Shown: positions 13,406 through 24,100 of the stretch, piece after piece | How positions within the stretch are numbered: the stretch's first letter is position 1 | How the letters are laid out: each line of letters begins with the position of its first letter | Source: an uncultured Acidobacteriota bacterium | GTDB lineage: Bacteria > Acidobacteriota > Thermoanaerobaculia > UBA5066 > Gp7-AA6 | Length of the DNA stretch: 64,000 nucleotides | Direction of reading: 5' to 3' | Assembly (NCBI GenBank): GCA_963829925.1 | Contig: CAWHKQ010000011.1 | Coordinates: 3,337-67,336, forward strand | Made by a program: the position numbers and the translations under genes | Notes under the pieces: generated by a model | What the model was told of the DNA's origin: nothing | What the model saw: the letters and a program-made list of their open reading frames with translations, nothing else | Database searches by the model: none

Positions 13406-13969
13406 ATGGCCATGATTCCGGCGACACAGCTGCGGAGCGGGATGCTCATCATTCACAACGGCGAGCTCCACCGCGTCCACGAGATGATCCACAAGACGCC
13501 CGGCAACCTCCGGGGATTCGTTCAGGCCAAGATGCGCAACGTGCGCAGCGGATCGATGAACGAGCACCGGTTCGGCTCGACCGACCGCGTCGAGAAGGCC
13601 TCCCTCGACGAGCGGGAGATGGAGTACCTCTATTCCGACTCGGCCGGCCACCACTTCATGGACCAGAGCTCCTACGACCAACTCACCCTCTCCGACGAGG
13701 TGATCGGCGAGCAGATGAAGTACCTGCTTCCCAACACCGTCATCCACGTCGACTTCTACGAGGAGAACCCCGTCGGCATCGAGCTGCCCAACACCGTGAC
13801 TCTGAAGGTCATCGAGACCCAGCCCGGGATGAAGGGCGCCACGGCGTCGGCGTCGTACAAGCCGGCGACTCTCGAGACGGGACTCCAGGTGATGGTTCCG
13901 CAGTTCGTCGACGCGGGGATCCGCATCAAGATCGACACTCGGGACAACTCCTACGTCGAACGGGCGTAA
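13406..13969 (+). CDS. efp: Elongation factor P
   Basis: Typical length and motifs (LEYLY-like MEYLYSD, YKPATLETG, VPQFVDAG, KIDTR); the loop reads TPGNLRG. Confidence 0.95.
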   Translation: MAMIPATQLRSGMLIIHNGELHRVHEMIHKTPGNLRGFVQAKMRNVRSGSMNEHRFGSTDRVEKASLDEREMEYLYSDSAGHHFMDQSSYDQLTLSDEVIGEQMKYLLPNTVIHVDFYEENPVGIELPNTVTLKVIETQPGMKGATASASYKPATLETGLQVMVPQFVDAGIRIKIDTRDNSYVERA

Positions 13970-14000
13970 CCCCCTCGATGCTCCTGAGGGGCTCTACGCC

Positions 14001-14019
14001 ATATGCTGATCCAGCATAT
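14001..14019. promoter_or_regulatory. Perfect AT-rich 8-3-8 palindrome, candidate operator
   Basis: ATATGCTG-ATC-CAGCATAT, ~28 bp upstream of a -35 hexamer. Confidence 0.45.
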
Positions 14020-14046
14020 ATATCTGAGCCGATTGGCTTTTTAGGG

Positions 14047-14076
14047 TTGACGGCCCGCTACCGGCTTCCAGATAAT
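14047..14076 (+). promoter_or_regulatory. sigma70-like promoter of the M23 peptidase gene (probably leaderless)
   Basis: TTGACG-N18-GATAAT, 6 nt before the GTG at 14083. Confidence 0.6.
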
Positions 14077-14082
14077 CCGAGC

Positions 14083-15108
14083 GTGCGCAAGGCGTCGGTC
14101 ATTCCGGCGGCTTTTCTGGCCGCCGTTTTCGTTTTCAGCACCTCTCCCGATGTAGAGGCCGCAGGCGCGAGCTCCCGGACCGGTTCCGCAACCGCCCGCA
14201 AGCCGTCTTCGGCGCCGCGCGCGGCCGTCAAGAAGGCGCCTCCCACGCGGGAGAACGGGACCTCGGTCAGCAAGAAGAGCACCTCCGTGAAGAGGTCGAC
14301 CGTCCGAAAGAAGGGCGCCGTTCGCAAGCGTCCGGTGACTGCGGCGTCCCGCCGCTCGACACGGCCGAGCTCCCGGGAGGAGTCGCTCGTCAGCCGGGTG
14401 GCCGTCGAGACTCCCCAGTGGTACGGGCCTTTTCAGCCCGTGGAAACCTACGACTATCCGCGGCCGGGCTGCGAGCCCCTGGACGCGGTTCTGGAAGCCC
14501 ACGTCCACGAAGCGGACGCCGAGACCCCGGAGCTCGACGACGTCGCCGAGGCCGTTCCTTCGGGCGTCAACGCGCTGGCTCGGGTGGCCCGGACCCTGGG
14601 CTCACTCCTGCGGCCCAAGTCCTCCCTGACGACCCTGCGTCCCGAGGACGTCGACCTGTCCGACCTGCTTTCGGCCGGCGTGCAGATCCCGGTCGAAGGC
14701 GTGGACCCCAGCCGCCTTCGGGACTCCTTCCTGGCGTCGCGCGGCCGCCACGCGCAGCATCTGGCGATCGACATCGGCGCGCCGAGGGGCACGCCGGTCC
14801 TCGCGGCGGCGGACGGGCAGATCATGCAGATGCGCCGCGAGAAGCGGGGCGGCATCTCGCTCTACCAGAAGGATCCGACCGGCCGCTATCTGCTGTTCTA
14901 CTGCCACCTCTCCCGGTACGCCAAGGGGCTTGGGGCGGGCGACAACGTGCAGAAGGGCGAAATCGTCGGCTACGTCGGCTCGACCGGCCGCGTCATCGGG
15001 GGCCCCCACCTGCATTTCTCGATCACACGGCTGCCCGACGGTGACGACAACTTCAAGGCCGGGGTCGCGATCAATCCCTACCTGCTGTTCCTGGCCGCCG
15101 TTCCCTGA
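14083..15108 (+). CDS. M23 family metallopeptidase with signal peptide and a K/S/R-rich linker
   Basis: HLAID (HxxxD), GTPVLAAADG, YCHL, IVGYVGSTG and PHLHF (HxH). Confidence 0.9.
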   Translation: MRKASVIPAAFLAAVFVFSTSPDVEAAGASSRTGSATARKPSSAPRAAVKKAPPTRENGTSVSKKSTSVKRSTVRKKGAVRKRPVTAASRRSTRPSSREESLVSRVAVETPQWYGPFQPVETYDYPRPGCEPLDAVLEAHVHEADAETPELDDVAEAVPSGVNALARVARTLGSLLRPKSSLTTLRPEDVDLSDLLSAGVQIPVEGVDPSRLRDSFLASRGRHAQHLAIDIGAPRGTPVLAAADGQIMQMRREKRGGISLYQKDPTGRYLLFYCHLSRYAKGLGAGDNVQKGEIVGYVGSTGRVIGGPHLHFSITRLPDGDDNFKAGVAINPYLLFLAAVP

Positions 15109-15201
15109 GGGGTCAGGTCTTCATTTTTCGGATTCCGCCGCCGTTCTTCGCTCCCGGACAGCCGTCCTCGAAATCTCGAAAAACGGAATCGCTGACCCGG
15201 G

Positions 15202-18200
15202 CTACACGACCCGCGGGTCCTCGATCCGGAACAGCCGGTCCAGCCAGAGGCCCGTCAGCTTCTCCGAAACGGTGTTCTGCCTGAGCCGGGCGGCGAGGTT
15301 GCCCCAGTCCATCACGTCGAGCTTCTGGTCCTGGTTGAAGCAGGAGAACACGATCTCTTCGAGACCCGTGGCCGGGTCCACGTGCTTCTGCAGGCATTGG
15401 GCGCAGACCTCTTTCATCATGCACTGCATCGGGGAGTTGATCGAGGCGATGCCGACGTGGCCCGGATTCAGGTACGGAGCGAGGACGGTCTTGCGCGACC
15501 GCGCCACCGCCGCCATCATCCGGTCCGAGCCGATGACGATCAGGCGCTCGACGGCCGCCAGGGGGACCGGGACCTCCCCGAGCTTTCCGGTCGCGTAGGC
15601 CAGCATCGCTTCGACGATGTTGCCGACGAAGCTGCGGTCCGAAGGCCGCCGGACCGGGATCGGGTCGCCGCGATCGACCGAGAGGACCAGCGTGTCGGCG
15701 GCGGCTTCGAGCTCCTCCTGCTTGTAGAAGTCCTCGGCCTTCTTGTAGCCCGCGAAGTAGACGACCCGGTTCCCGAGCCGCCGGGCCTTTCGGCCGATCG
15801 AGAAGAGCACGGCGTTTCCCAGCCCCCCGCCGCAGAGCATGACCGTGCCGTTCTCCGGCAGCTCCGTGGCCGTTCCCGTGGGGCCCATCGCGATGACCGG
15901 CTGGCCGGGCTCGAGGACCGAGCACAGCCGCGTCGACCCGCCGATCTCGAGGGCGATCATCGAGAGCAGGCCCTTCCCGGCGTCGACCCACGCCCCCGTC
16001 AGGGCGCAGGGCTCCAGCAGCAGAGGAGAGCCCTCGATCTGCGGCGCTCGCGCCTCCAGGTTCTGGAGCCGGAAGAACTGGCCCGGCTGGAAATTTCGAG
16101 CGGCCGCGGGCGCGCGGACGACGACCTCGACGATCGTCGGGGTCAGGCGGTTGACCGCGACGACGCGAGCCGTCAGGTCCTCCTCCATGCGCTCGCGGAA
16201 GGCGTCCCACTCGGCGTCCGGCGCGAAGGCCGCGTCGGCCACGTGCAGGACGTCGGCGATCGCCCGATAGCCGTTCCGGGCCGAGGCCATCGCCTTGACG
16301 ACGTTGCCGTTGTAGGCGGGGTGGTTGTCGCCGAAGAACGTCACGAGCTTGCCGCCCTTCGAATAGCCCGTGAAGAACGCGCCCTCGTCGTCGGCCGGGG
16401 CGGGCTCCAGACGCCAGCCGCCGTTCTCGCGGAACGGCGCGGTGGGGCAGCGAAGAAGCGCTTCTTCGCGTCGAGGGCGAAGGCGTCCGGATACTCCTTC
16501 GCGTAGGTGATGTTCGGCGTCGTTCCGGCGGCGACGAGGAGGGTCCTCGCCGGAAGCTCCACGGTCTCCCCCGATCCGGAGCGCTGAAAGCGGACCGCGG
16601 CGAGCTTGCCGTGCTCGTCCGGCACCGCTTCGGACGGCTCCAGGCTCTCGATGAACGAGATTCCCTCCTCGAGCGCCTTGATGACCTCCTCGTGGTTGAG
16701 CCGGTAGGCCGGCGACTCCTCGAGCGTGCGGCGGTAGGCGATGGACACGCCGCCCCACTCGCGGCAGAGGCGCGCGAGGTCGGCCGCCTCGCCCGCCGCG
16801 TGCGCCCGTTCGCGCTCGGCGCGGACGGCCTGGCCGTGCGCGAGCAGGCGATCCAGAATCTCCCGCTCCTCCGGGTCGAAGCCGGCGCGGATCGGCTCCT
16901 CGCCCGCCTCGGCGCGCAGGGTCTCGTAGCGGGTCAGCGTCTTCTCGGCCTGAATCGGGTAGTAGGCCAGCAGCTCGGTCGCGGTGTCGATGGCCGTCAA
17001 CCCGCCGCCGATGACGATGGCGGGGAGCTCGGCCTGCGAGGTTCGCCAGCGCCTCTTCCTTGAAGGCGCCCGGTCAGCTGCAGGGCCATCAGGAAATCCG
17101 AAGCCTTCCGGACCCCGCGCAGGATGTTGTTGCGCATCGGGATGATCGTCGGGCGGCCGGCGCCGGCCGCGATCGCGACGTGGTCGAAGCCCGCGTCGAA
17201 GGCCTGCTCGGCCGACAGCGTCCCCCCGAAACGCACGCCGCCGAGGATCGAGAATCGGCGGCGGCGCGCCAGCGTGAGATGGATGAGCGTCAGGAAGTTC
17301 TTGTCCCAGCGCACGGTGATCCCGTACTCCGAGACGCCGCCGAATCCGGCCAGCGGCCGCCGGTCGAGGGGCCGGGAGAGCTCGGCCCAGTCGCGGATGG
17401 GCCGGATTCCCCGGCCGTCGGCGCCGGTCCAGTCCTCGGGCAGCGGCTCGATCTTCAGGCCGTCGATCCCGACGACCCCGCAGCCTTCGTTCAGGAGGTA
17501 GTGCGCCAGCGTGTAGCCCGCGGGCCCGAGACCGACGACGAGGACCTTGCGGCCGGTGTACGGGACCGCGTGCGGCCGCCGCGGCTGCAACGGGTTCCAG
17601 CGGGTCAGCAGGCCGTAGATCTCGACTCCCCAGGGGAGCTCGAGCACGTCCATCAGAACTCCGGTCTCGATCTGGGGGATGTTGACCGGGATCCTGCTTC
17701 TGGAAGATGCAGCCCTTCATGCAGTCGTTGCAGATGCGGTGGCCCGTGCCGGGGCACATCGGGTTGTCGATGCACACGAGGGCCAGCGCTCCGATCGAGT
17801 CGCCCTCGCGGCGGAGCTGGTGCATCTCCGAGATCTTTTCGTCGAGGGGGCAGCCCTTCAGCGGGATGCCCAGCGGGTTCTTCTGCCAGGAGCCGGTCTT
17901 CGCGTCGAAGAATCCCTTCGAGCAGGAGTCCTTCTCGCGCTCGTGGCAGAGGAGGCAGTAGTGCGTCTCGCCGAGGACCTCGCGGCGGGTCATCCGCGGG
18001 TCGGTCAGGCCGAAGCCCTCGCGGCGCCGGTGCCGTTCCGCCGGTCCGACACGCTCCTCGGGGAGCGCGGGGTTGGGACGCTCGGTCGCGACGAGGTTCT
18101 GGTAGTCGAGGGTTTCGGGCAGCCGGAAGGAGATCCAGCCGCGGATCTCGCCGCGCAGGGCCGGGTGTTCCCGGAGCGCGTGGCACCAGAAGGCGTAGCG

Positions 18201-18888
18201 CTCGAGGAGTCGCTCCAGGAACGCCAGGAGCTCGGCGTCGGAGTCGCCGGCGGCGCGGGGCAGGTCCGGGTCGGGCGAGGCGGCGGCGCGGCGGGCGATG
18301 TCGCGGGCGGCCTCCCGCGAGGCCGGCGGCACCTCCGGGGTCTTCTTCTGGCGGACGGCAGCGAGGAAGTCGGATTCCAGGTCGAGCAGGGTCACGGCCA
18401 TCCGAGATGTCGCGAGCTCCGGATCCTCTTTCCAGGGGAGGTCCGGGAAAAGGGCTTCGATGGCGGAAGCCGCGGCGCGCAGGGGAGCCGGATCGAGCGA
18501 TGGCAGGTCCTGCGGCAGCTTCGTGCGGACCGCCCGTCTCTGGAGGAAGTCCCGGCGGAACCGGAAGAGCACGGCCTCGGGCCCGGCCGACGCCGGCCTG
18601 GCGGCGCCACTCGGCTTCGATCCCGAAGAGCCGGGCGAGGAAGCGTCCGAGCGGGCGGGCGGCGTCCACGAGGAGGCGCGAGAGGGCGAGCGGGTCCAGC
18701 CCTTCGGGGTGGGCGCGATAGAGCCGGAGGCGCTCGGCCAGGGGCGGATCTTCGCGGGAGAGCCCCTCGAGGAAAGCGGCGTCCAGGTCCGCCAGCCGGT
18801 CCTCGCGGTGCAAATCCTGGTAGCTGAATCCGGGTTCGCCGAGAGGGAAGTCCCTCTCGGCGAGGGTTGGCGGCGGGGCGGTCTCCAA
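15202..18888 (-). CDS. Large fused flavoprotein: GltD/NfnB-like FeS-FAD-NAD(P) module plus a C-terminal PyrK/NfnA-like FAD-2Fe2S module; frameshifted
   Basis: CLLCHEREKDSC, GCPL, CPGTGHRICNDCMKGC, VVGLGPAG, VIGGGLTAID; then FQPGQFFRLQ, MGPTG, GGGLGNA and SPMQCMMKEVCAQC...FSC. Joined across ORFs 17653-18888, 16997-17653, 16341-18980 and 15202-16758. Confidence 0.85.
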
Positions 18889-18955
18889 GAGAAGCAGATT
18901 CTAGCAAGTCGGGAGCTCGGCGCTCCTGGTCCCTGCACCCGGGGAGCAACGCCCC

Positions 18956-19000
18956 TTGACCGCTCCCCGCCCTTTATCAATAATAGGAACGTTTACTGAT
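18956..19000 (+). promoter_or_regulatory. perR promoter overlapped by an imperfect inverted repeat (candidate PerR/Fur operator)
   Basis: TTGACC-N17-AATAAT, with ATCAATAA-N9-TTACTGAT at 18976-19000. Confidence 0.6.
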
Positions 19001-19425
19001 ATGGAGACCGTCCCGCGCCTCGCCTCCCGCCGGTCCACGCGCCAGCGGCGCCTGGTCTACGACGCCGTCCTGGCGACGGATGCCCACCCGACAGCAGAGG
19101 GTGTCTACGAGGCGGTGCGGCGCGCAATGCCGCGGATCTCGCTCGGGACCGTGTACCGGAACCTGCAGGTCCTGGTGGATGAAGGCCGGCTGAAATCGTT
19201 CACCCGGGACGGCCGCACGCGCTACGACGGCGATCTGGCCCCGCACGACCACTTCGCGTGCGACCGCTGCGGCCTGCTCCTCGACATTCCCCGCGCGGCC
19301 GAGCCCCTCCCGGCGGAAAAGCGCCTCCGGGCTCGGGGTTTCGCCGTCTCGGGTCGCGTTCTCGAATTTCACGGGCTGTGCCGGAAATGCCGGCGCGGCC
19401 TTCCAACCGCAAAAGGAGGACGGAA

Positions 19426-19429
<4 letters not shown>
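19001..19429 (+). CDS. Fur family regulator, PerR-like
   Basis: [35 protein letters not shown] and CRKC. The Asp at the PerR D104-equivalent position and the adjacent rubrerythrin support a PerR-type assignment. Confidence 0.85.
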
Positions 19430-19852
<423 letters not shown>

Positions 19853-19856
19853 CTCG

Positions 19857-21140
19857 GTGTTCGACCCGGCATCCCCCGGCTTCTTCGACCCGGCGGCGGT
19901 CGAGAAGGAGATGCGTCGTGTGGCCGACATCTGCCACACGTGCCGCCGCTGCTACAACCTGTGTCCCTCCTTCGACGTCCTCTTCCGGGCTCTGGATCGC
20001 CCGGAGGTGGACGGCGAGGCGGATCTCCTTCCCGCCGGCGATCTCGGCGAGTTCTCGGACCTCTGCTACGAGTGCAAGCTCTGCATCCCGCACTGCCCGT
20101 ACTATCCGCCGCACCGTTGGGACGTGGACGTCCCGCGCCTCGTCCTGCGGGACCGGGCGTCGCGTGTCCGGAACGAGGGCAAACCGGCTCTGCGCGAACG
20201 GGTGCTGGCCTCGGTGGACGCGCTCTCCGGGGTCGCCTGCGGCACGGCGGCCGTCGCCAACGCGCTCAACGAGTCCCGCTTCGCCCGGGTCCTTCTGGAG
20301 AAGACGTTCGGCGTGCACCGAGACCGCCTGCTCCCGACGTGGTCGGCGGAAACCTTCCTCCAGTGGTGGGCGCGCCGGGGGGGTCCGACCGAGCCGTCCG
20401 AGCGCGCGCCGCGCGGGGACCGGGTCGCGCTGTTCGTGACCTGCTCGGTCAACGCCAACAGCCCGGAGATCGGGCGCGCCGCCGTCGCGGTGCTCGAGAA
20501 GAACGGCTGCGAGGTCGTCGTCCCCGAGCAGCGCTGCTGCGGCATGCCGTTTCTCGAGAGCGGAGACCTCGACTCCGCGCGGGAGTGCCGCTGGGACAAC
20601 GTGACCGCACTGCTTCCGTTCGTCCGGGGGGGCTACACGGTCGTTTCACCGGGCCCGACCTGCAGCCTCATGCTGCGGAAGGAGTATCCGGTCCTGGGGC
20701 CCGAGGAGGAGGGGAAGGAGCTCGCCCGCGGGACCCTGGACCTCTGCGAGTACCTCATGCGCCGGCACGCGGCCGGGAGCCTCGCGACCGATTTTCAGCG
20801 ATCGCCCGGCAAAGTCCTCTACCAGGTGCCGTGCCACCTCAAGGTCCAGGACATCGGGTTCAAGTCGCGTGACCTCCTCGCTTTGATCCCGGGCAGCGAG
20901 GTCGTCACGATCGAGAGGTGCACCGGCCACGACGGGACCTGGAGCATGAAGACCGAGTACTTTCCTCTGTCCATGAAGGTCGGCCAGCCGGTCTTCGACG
21001 CCGTCCTCGCGGAGCGGCCGGACCGCGTGGCGACCGACTGCCCGCTGGCCGGGCTCCAGATCCGGCAGGGCACCGGAAAGACGCCGAAGCATCCGGTCCA
21101 GATTCTGGCGGAAGCGTACGGGCTCAGAGACGAGGCGTGA
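19857..21140 (+). CDS. Rubrerythrin-associated Fe-S oxidoreductase (HdrD/GlpC-like, CCG domains)
   Basis: [38 protein letters not shown] and TDCPLA. Confidence 0.88.
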   Translation: MFDPASPGFFDPAAVEKEMRRVADICHTCRRCYNLCPSFDVLFRALDRPEVDGEADLLPAGDLGEFSDLCYECKLCIPHCPYYPPHRWDVDVPRLVLRDRASRVRNEGKPALRERVLASVDALSGVACGTAAVANALNESRFARVLLEKTFGVHRDRLLPTWSAETFLQWWARRGGPTEPSERAPRGDRVALFVTCSVNANSPEIGRAAVAVLEKNGCEVVVPEQRCCGMPFLESGDLDSARECRWDNVTALLPFVRGGYTVVSPGPTCSLMLRKEYPVLGPEEEGKELARGTLDLCEYLMRRHAAGSLATDFQRSPGKVLYQVPCHLKVQDIGFKSRDLLALIPGSEVVTIERCTGHDGTWSMKTEYFPLSMKVGQPVFDAVLAERPDRVATDCPLAGLQIRQGTGKTPKHPVQILAEAYGLRDEA

Positions 21141-21153
21141 GAGGCCCCGCCGC

Positions 21154-21729
21154 ATGAAGCCTCTGACCGCCTCCGACATCTCCAACCTCCACGAGTACGA
21201 GCTCGAGCGGCCGGCTTTCCGGAGCCGCGTCATCGAGAAGAAGAAACGCAGGAGAGTCGGCCTGGGCCCCCTGATGACGCTCGTGTTCGAGGACCGGGAC
21301 ACGATCCGCTTCCAGATCCAGGAAATGCTGCGGGTCGAGCGGATCGTGCAGCCGGACAAAGTGCAGCACGAGATCGAGACCTACAACGCGCTGCTGCCGG
21401 GCGCCGGAGAAGTCGCCGCCACGCTCTTCATCGAGATCACCGACCCCGCGCGCGTGCAGGAGGTCCTGGACGGCTTCGTCGGGCTGGACGAGCCGGGACG
21501 CCTGGCGCTGTCGGTCGGGGAGGCGACGTACCCGGCGCTCTTCGCGCCGGGCCAGAGCCGCGAGGACCGGATTTCGGCGGTGCACTACATCCGCTTCCCC
21601 GTGGGCGAGGACGGGCGCGCGGCCCTGGCCGCCGGCCGCGAGGCGGCCCTGCAGGTCGAGCACGGGGGCTACCACGCGCGGCAGGTTCTGACGAAGGAGA
21701 CCGTCGAGGAGCTGATCGGGGACTTGTAA
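21154..21729 (+). CDS. DUF3501 family protein
   Basis: YELERPAFR, IQEMLRVERI, EIETYNALLP, FIEI, SAVHYIRF; canonical position after rbr and the Fe-S oxidoreductase. Confidence 0.88.
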   Translation: MKPLTASDISNLHEYELERPAFRSRVIEKKKRRRVGLGPLMTLVFEDRDTIRFQIQEMLRVERIVQPDKVQHEIETYNALLPGAGEVAATLFIEITDPARVQEVLDGFVGLDEPGRLALSVGEATYPALFAPGQSREDRISAVHYIRFPVGEDGRAALAAGREAALQVEHGGYHARQVLTKETVEELIGDL

Positions 21730-21790
21730 CGTCGCCTACCGTCGCCTCGCTCGCTCCGGGATCTGCGGCCTTCGGCGGCACCGGCCTGCT
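21730..21790 (+). repeat. Partial (5') copy of the structured intergenic repeat
   Basis: cgtcgcctaccgtcgcct...gggatctgcggccttcggcggcaccggcctgc. Confidence 0.75.
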
Positions 21791-21793
21791 CCA

Positions 21794-21939
21794 CGTCGCC
21801 TCCGCTCGTACGGGATCTGCCGCCTGCGGCGGCACCGGCCTGCGGCTCGCCTGTGGGCTCGACCGCAGGCCTGATCCCTCCCTCGCTGCGGCTCCCGCGG
21901 CGCGGGGCTCCTCCCCTGTGGGAGACTCCCCGCGCCGCG
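21794..21939 (+). repeat. Structured intergenic repeat, copy B
   Basis: Matches copy A, with a compensatory C-G to T-A change in the central stem. Confidence 0.88.
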
Positions 21940-22023
21940 TACACGCCCACCTGTGCCGCTCGCCGACTCTTTCTTAGCCTGTCTCGAGAGCACGAGGCTT
22001 TTTGAGGCGCTGTTCGGTGAGTT

Positions 22024-22176
22024 CGCGGCGCGCGAAGTCTCCCGACGAAGGAGGGAGGAGGCGCGCGCCGCGGGAGCGAGCGCGTAGCGAAGGATCAGGC
22101 CCGCGGTCGAGCCCACAGGCGAGCCGCGGGCCGGTGCGCCCGAAGGGCGCAGATCCGAAGCGAAGCGCTCGCGACG
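22024..22176 (-). repeat. Structured intergenic repeat, copy C (inverted relative to B)
   Basis: The reverse complement reads cgtcgc...gatctgcgcccttcgggcgcaccggcccgcggctcgcctgtgggctcgaccgcgggcctg...cgcggcgcgcg...cgcgcgccgcg. Confidence 0.85.
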
Positions 22177-22198
22177 TGTGTAAACTCGTTCCTCGCCA

Positions 22199-24100
22199 AT
22201 GGGCCTGCGCCGCGTTCTTTTTCACGGGCCGCTGCCGGGCGATCTCGCGCTGCTTGCCCGGGAGCCCGGCATCGAGGCCCGGGAGTTTCGGGCCGACGCG
22301 TGGTCGTTGGCGCCGGACGAGGTCGGGATCGTCCTGGCCCTCGAGGCGCTTTCTCCGGCCCTCGCGCAGCCGCCTCCGGCGGGCCTGGGGGAGGCCGCCG
22401 ACCGGATCGGTCTCGTGCAGATCAGCGACCGGCTCGAGCCCCTGCACCCTTTCTGGGAAGCGCGGCCGTCTTTCTCGCTGCCGGGCGGAGTCCCGGCGGC
22501 ACACGTGTCCCGGGCCGCCCGGTCCCTGCTTCGCCTTCTCGAGGAGCGCGTGCGCGTGGCGCGCGACCGGCGGGCGCTGCTGTCCCGTACCGGCGAGATT
22601 CAGGCCCTCGTCGAGGTCGGCATCGCGCTGGCCGCGGAGACGAACCCGGACCGGCTGCTGGAGACGATCCTGACGCGCGCGCGGACTCTCACGTCCGCCG
22701 ACGCCGGCAGCCTCTATCTCGTCGAGCGGGAGTCGGGGGGTGAGACGCTGCATTTCGCTCTGGCGCAGAACGATTCGCTGAGCCTGGAGTTCGAGCCCGC
22801 CTCGCTTCCGCTCGACGACGGGTCGATCGCGGGTTTCGTGGCCCGGACCGCGGAGACGGTCCTGCTCTCCGACGCGCGGGCGATTCCCGAGAGCGCACCG
22901 TACCGCTTCGACCCGGAGTTCGACGAGCGGCACGGCTACCGCACCCGTTCGGTCCTCGCCGTCCCGATGTCCACGCCGGGAGGGCGCACGATCGGCGTCC
23001 TCCAGCTGATCAACCGGATGCGCCGCGTGGTCCCCGACGGGGCTGTCACGGCCTTCGTCCGGTCCGAAGTCGTGCCGTTCGACGCCGAACATGCGGAGAT
23101 GGCCCGGTCCCTCGCCACGCAGGCCGCGGTCGCCGTCGAGAACCGGCGGCTCACGGAGTCGATCCGGACGCTCTTCGACGGCTTCGTCGAGGCCTCGGTC
23201 ACGGCGATCGAGCAGCGCGACCCGGCCACCTCGGGGCATTCGCACCGCGTCGCCCGGCTGACGTGCGCTCTCGCGGAGGCCGCCGATCGCGAGACCGCCG
23301 GGCCGTACGCGGACTTCCGGATCGGCCGCGAGGAGATGCGGGAGCTGAGATACGCGGCCGTGCTGCACGACTTCGGAAAGGTCGGCGTCCGCGAGGACGT
23401 GCTCGTGAAGGCGCGCAAGCTCTCGCCCGGCGCCTTCGACCTGATGCGGTCCCGGTTCGAGCAGGCGAGGCTCGCGGCAGCGGCGTCGATCTGGGAGCGC
23501 GCGGCCTGCGAGGGATGGGACGAGAGCCGGGTGATCCCGGCCCTGGAGGAGACGAGGATCGAGCTCTCCCGCGCGTGGGAGGTCGTCGAACGCGCCAACG
23601 AGCCCGCCGTCCTCCCTCGGGAAACGGCGTCGGAGCTCGAGGCCCTGCGACGCCTGAGGTATCGCGACGCGTCCGGAGAAGTCGTGGAGCTCGTCCCCCC
23701 GGAGGAGATCGCTTCGCTCGCGATCCCGCTCGGCAGCTTGACGCCTCCCGAGCGGCTCGAGATCGAGTCCCATGTGACGCAGACCTTCCGCTTCCTGACC
23801 CGCATTCCCTGGACCCCGGACCTCGAGCGGGTGCCCGAGTGGGCCTACGCGCACCACGAGAAGCTCGACGGGTCCGGTTACCCCCGCCGGCTGAGGGCGG
23901 AAGCCATCCCCGTCCCGGCGCGGATGCTGACGATCTGCGACATCTTCGACGCGCTGGCGGCGCGGGACCGGCCCTACAAACGCGCCGTTCCCGAGGAGCG
24001 CTCCCTCGAGATCCTCGCCGCGGAGGCCCGGCGCGGCGCCGTGGACGCGGAGCTGCTCAGGATCTTCGTCGCGTCGGGGATCTGGAAGCCCATTCTCTGA
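22199..24100 (+). CDS. GAF + HD-GYP domain c-di-GMP phosphodiesterase
   Basis: GAF motifs (ADAGSLYL, SVLAVPM, GVLQLIN); HSHRVA, LHDFGK, HHEKLDGSGYP and ICDIFDAL. Confidence 0.92.
   Translation: MGLRRVLFHGPLPGDLALLAREPGIEAREFRADAWSLAPDEVGIVLALEALSPALAQPPPAGLGEAADRIGLVQISDRLEPLHPFWEARPSFSLPGGVPAAHVSRAARSLLRLLEERVRVARDRRALLSRTGEIQALVEVGIALAAETNPDRLLETILTRARTLTSADAGSLYLVERESGGETLHFALAQNDSLSLEFEPASLPLDDGSIAGFVARTAETVLLSDARAIPESAPYRFDPEFDERHGYRTRSVLAVPMSTPGGRTIGVLQLINRMRRVVPDGAVTAFVRSEVVPFDAEHAEMARSLATQAAVAVENRRLTESIRTLFDGFVEASVTAIEQRDPATSGHSHRVARLTCALAEAADRETAGPYADFRIGREEMRELRYAAVLHDFGKVGVREDVLVKARKLSPGAFDLMRSRFEQARLAAAASIWERAACEGWDESRVIPALEETRIELSRAWEVVERANEPAVLPRETASELEALRRLRYRDASGEVVELVPPEEIASLAIPLGSLTPPERLEIESHVTQTFRFLTRIPWTPDLERVPEWAYAHHEKLDGSGYPRRLRAEAIPVPARMLTICDIFDALAARDRPYKRAVPEERSLEILAAEARRGAVDAELLRIFVASGIWKPIL

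Noticed and set aside
14001-14030. LexA SOS box or dif site
   Set aside because: The CAG/CTG arms are in the opposite orientation to the LexA box, and there is no TTATGTTAAA XerD arm.
13399-14082. 569 aa ORF 13399-15108 as a single long M23 protein
   Set aside because: Its 5' part is an off-frame reading of efp plus intergenic DNA; a promoter and GTG at 14083 explain the real start.
21730-22176. CRISPR array or an intact IS element
   Set aside because: The repeats are long, internally structured, partly inverted and not regularly spaced, and there is no cas or transposase ORF. The short ORFs called here are translations of the repeat.
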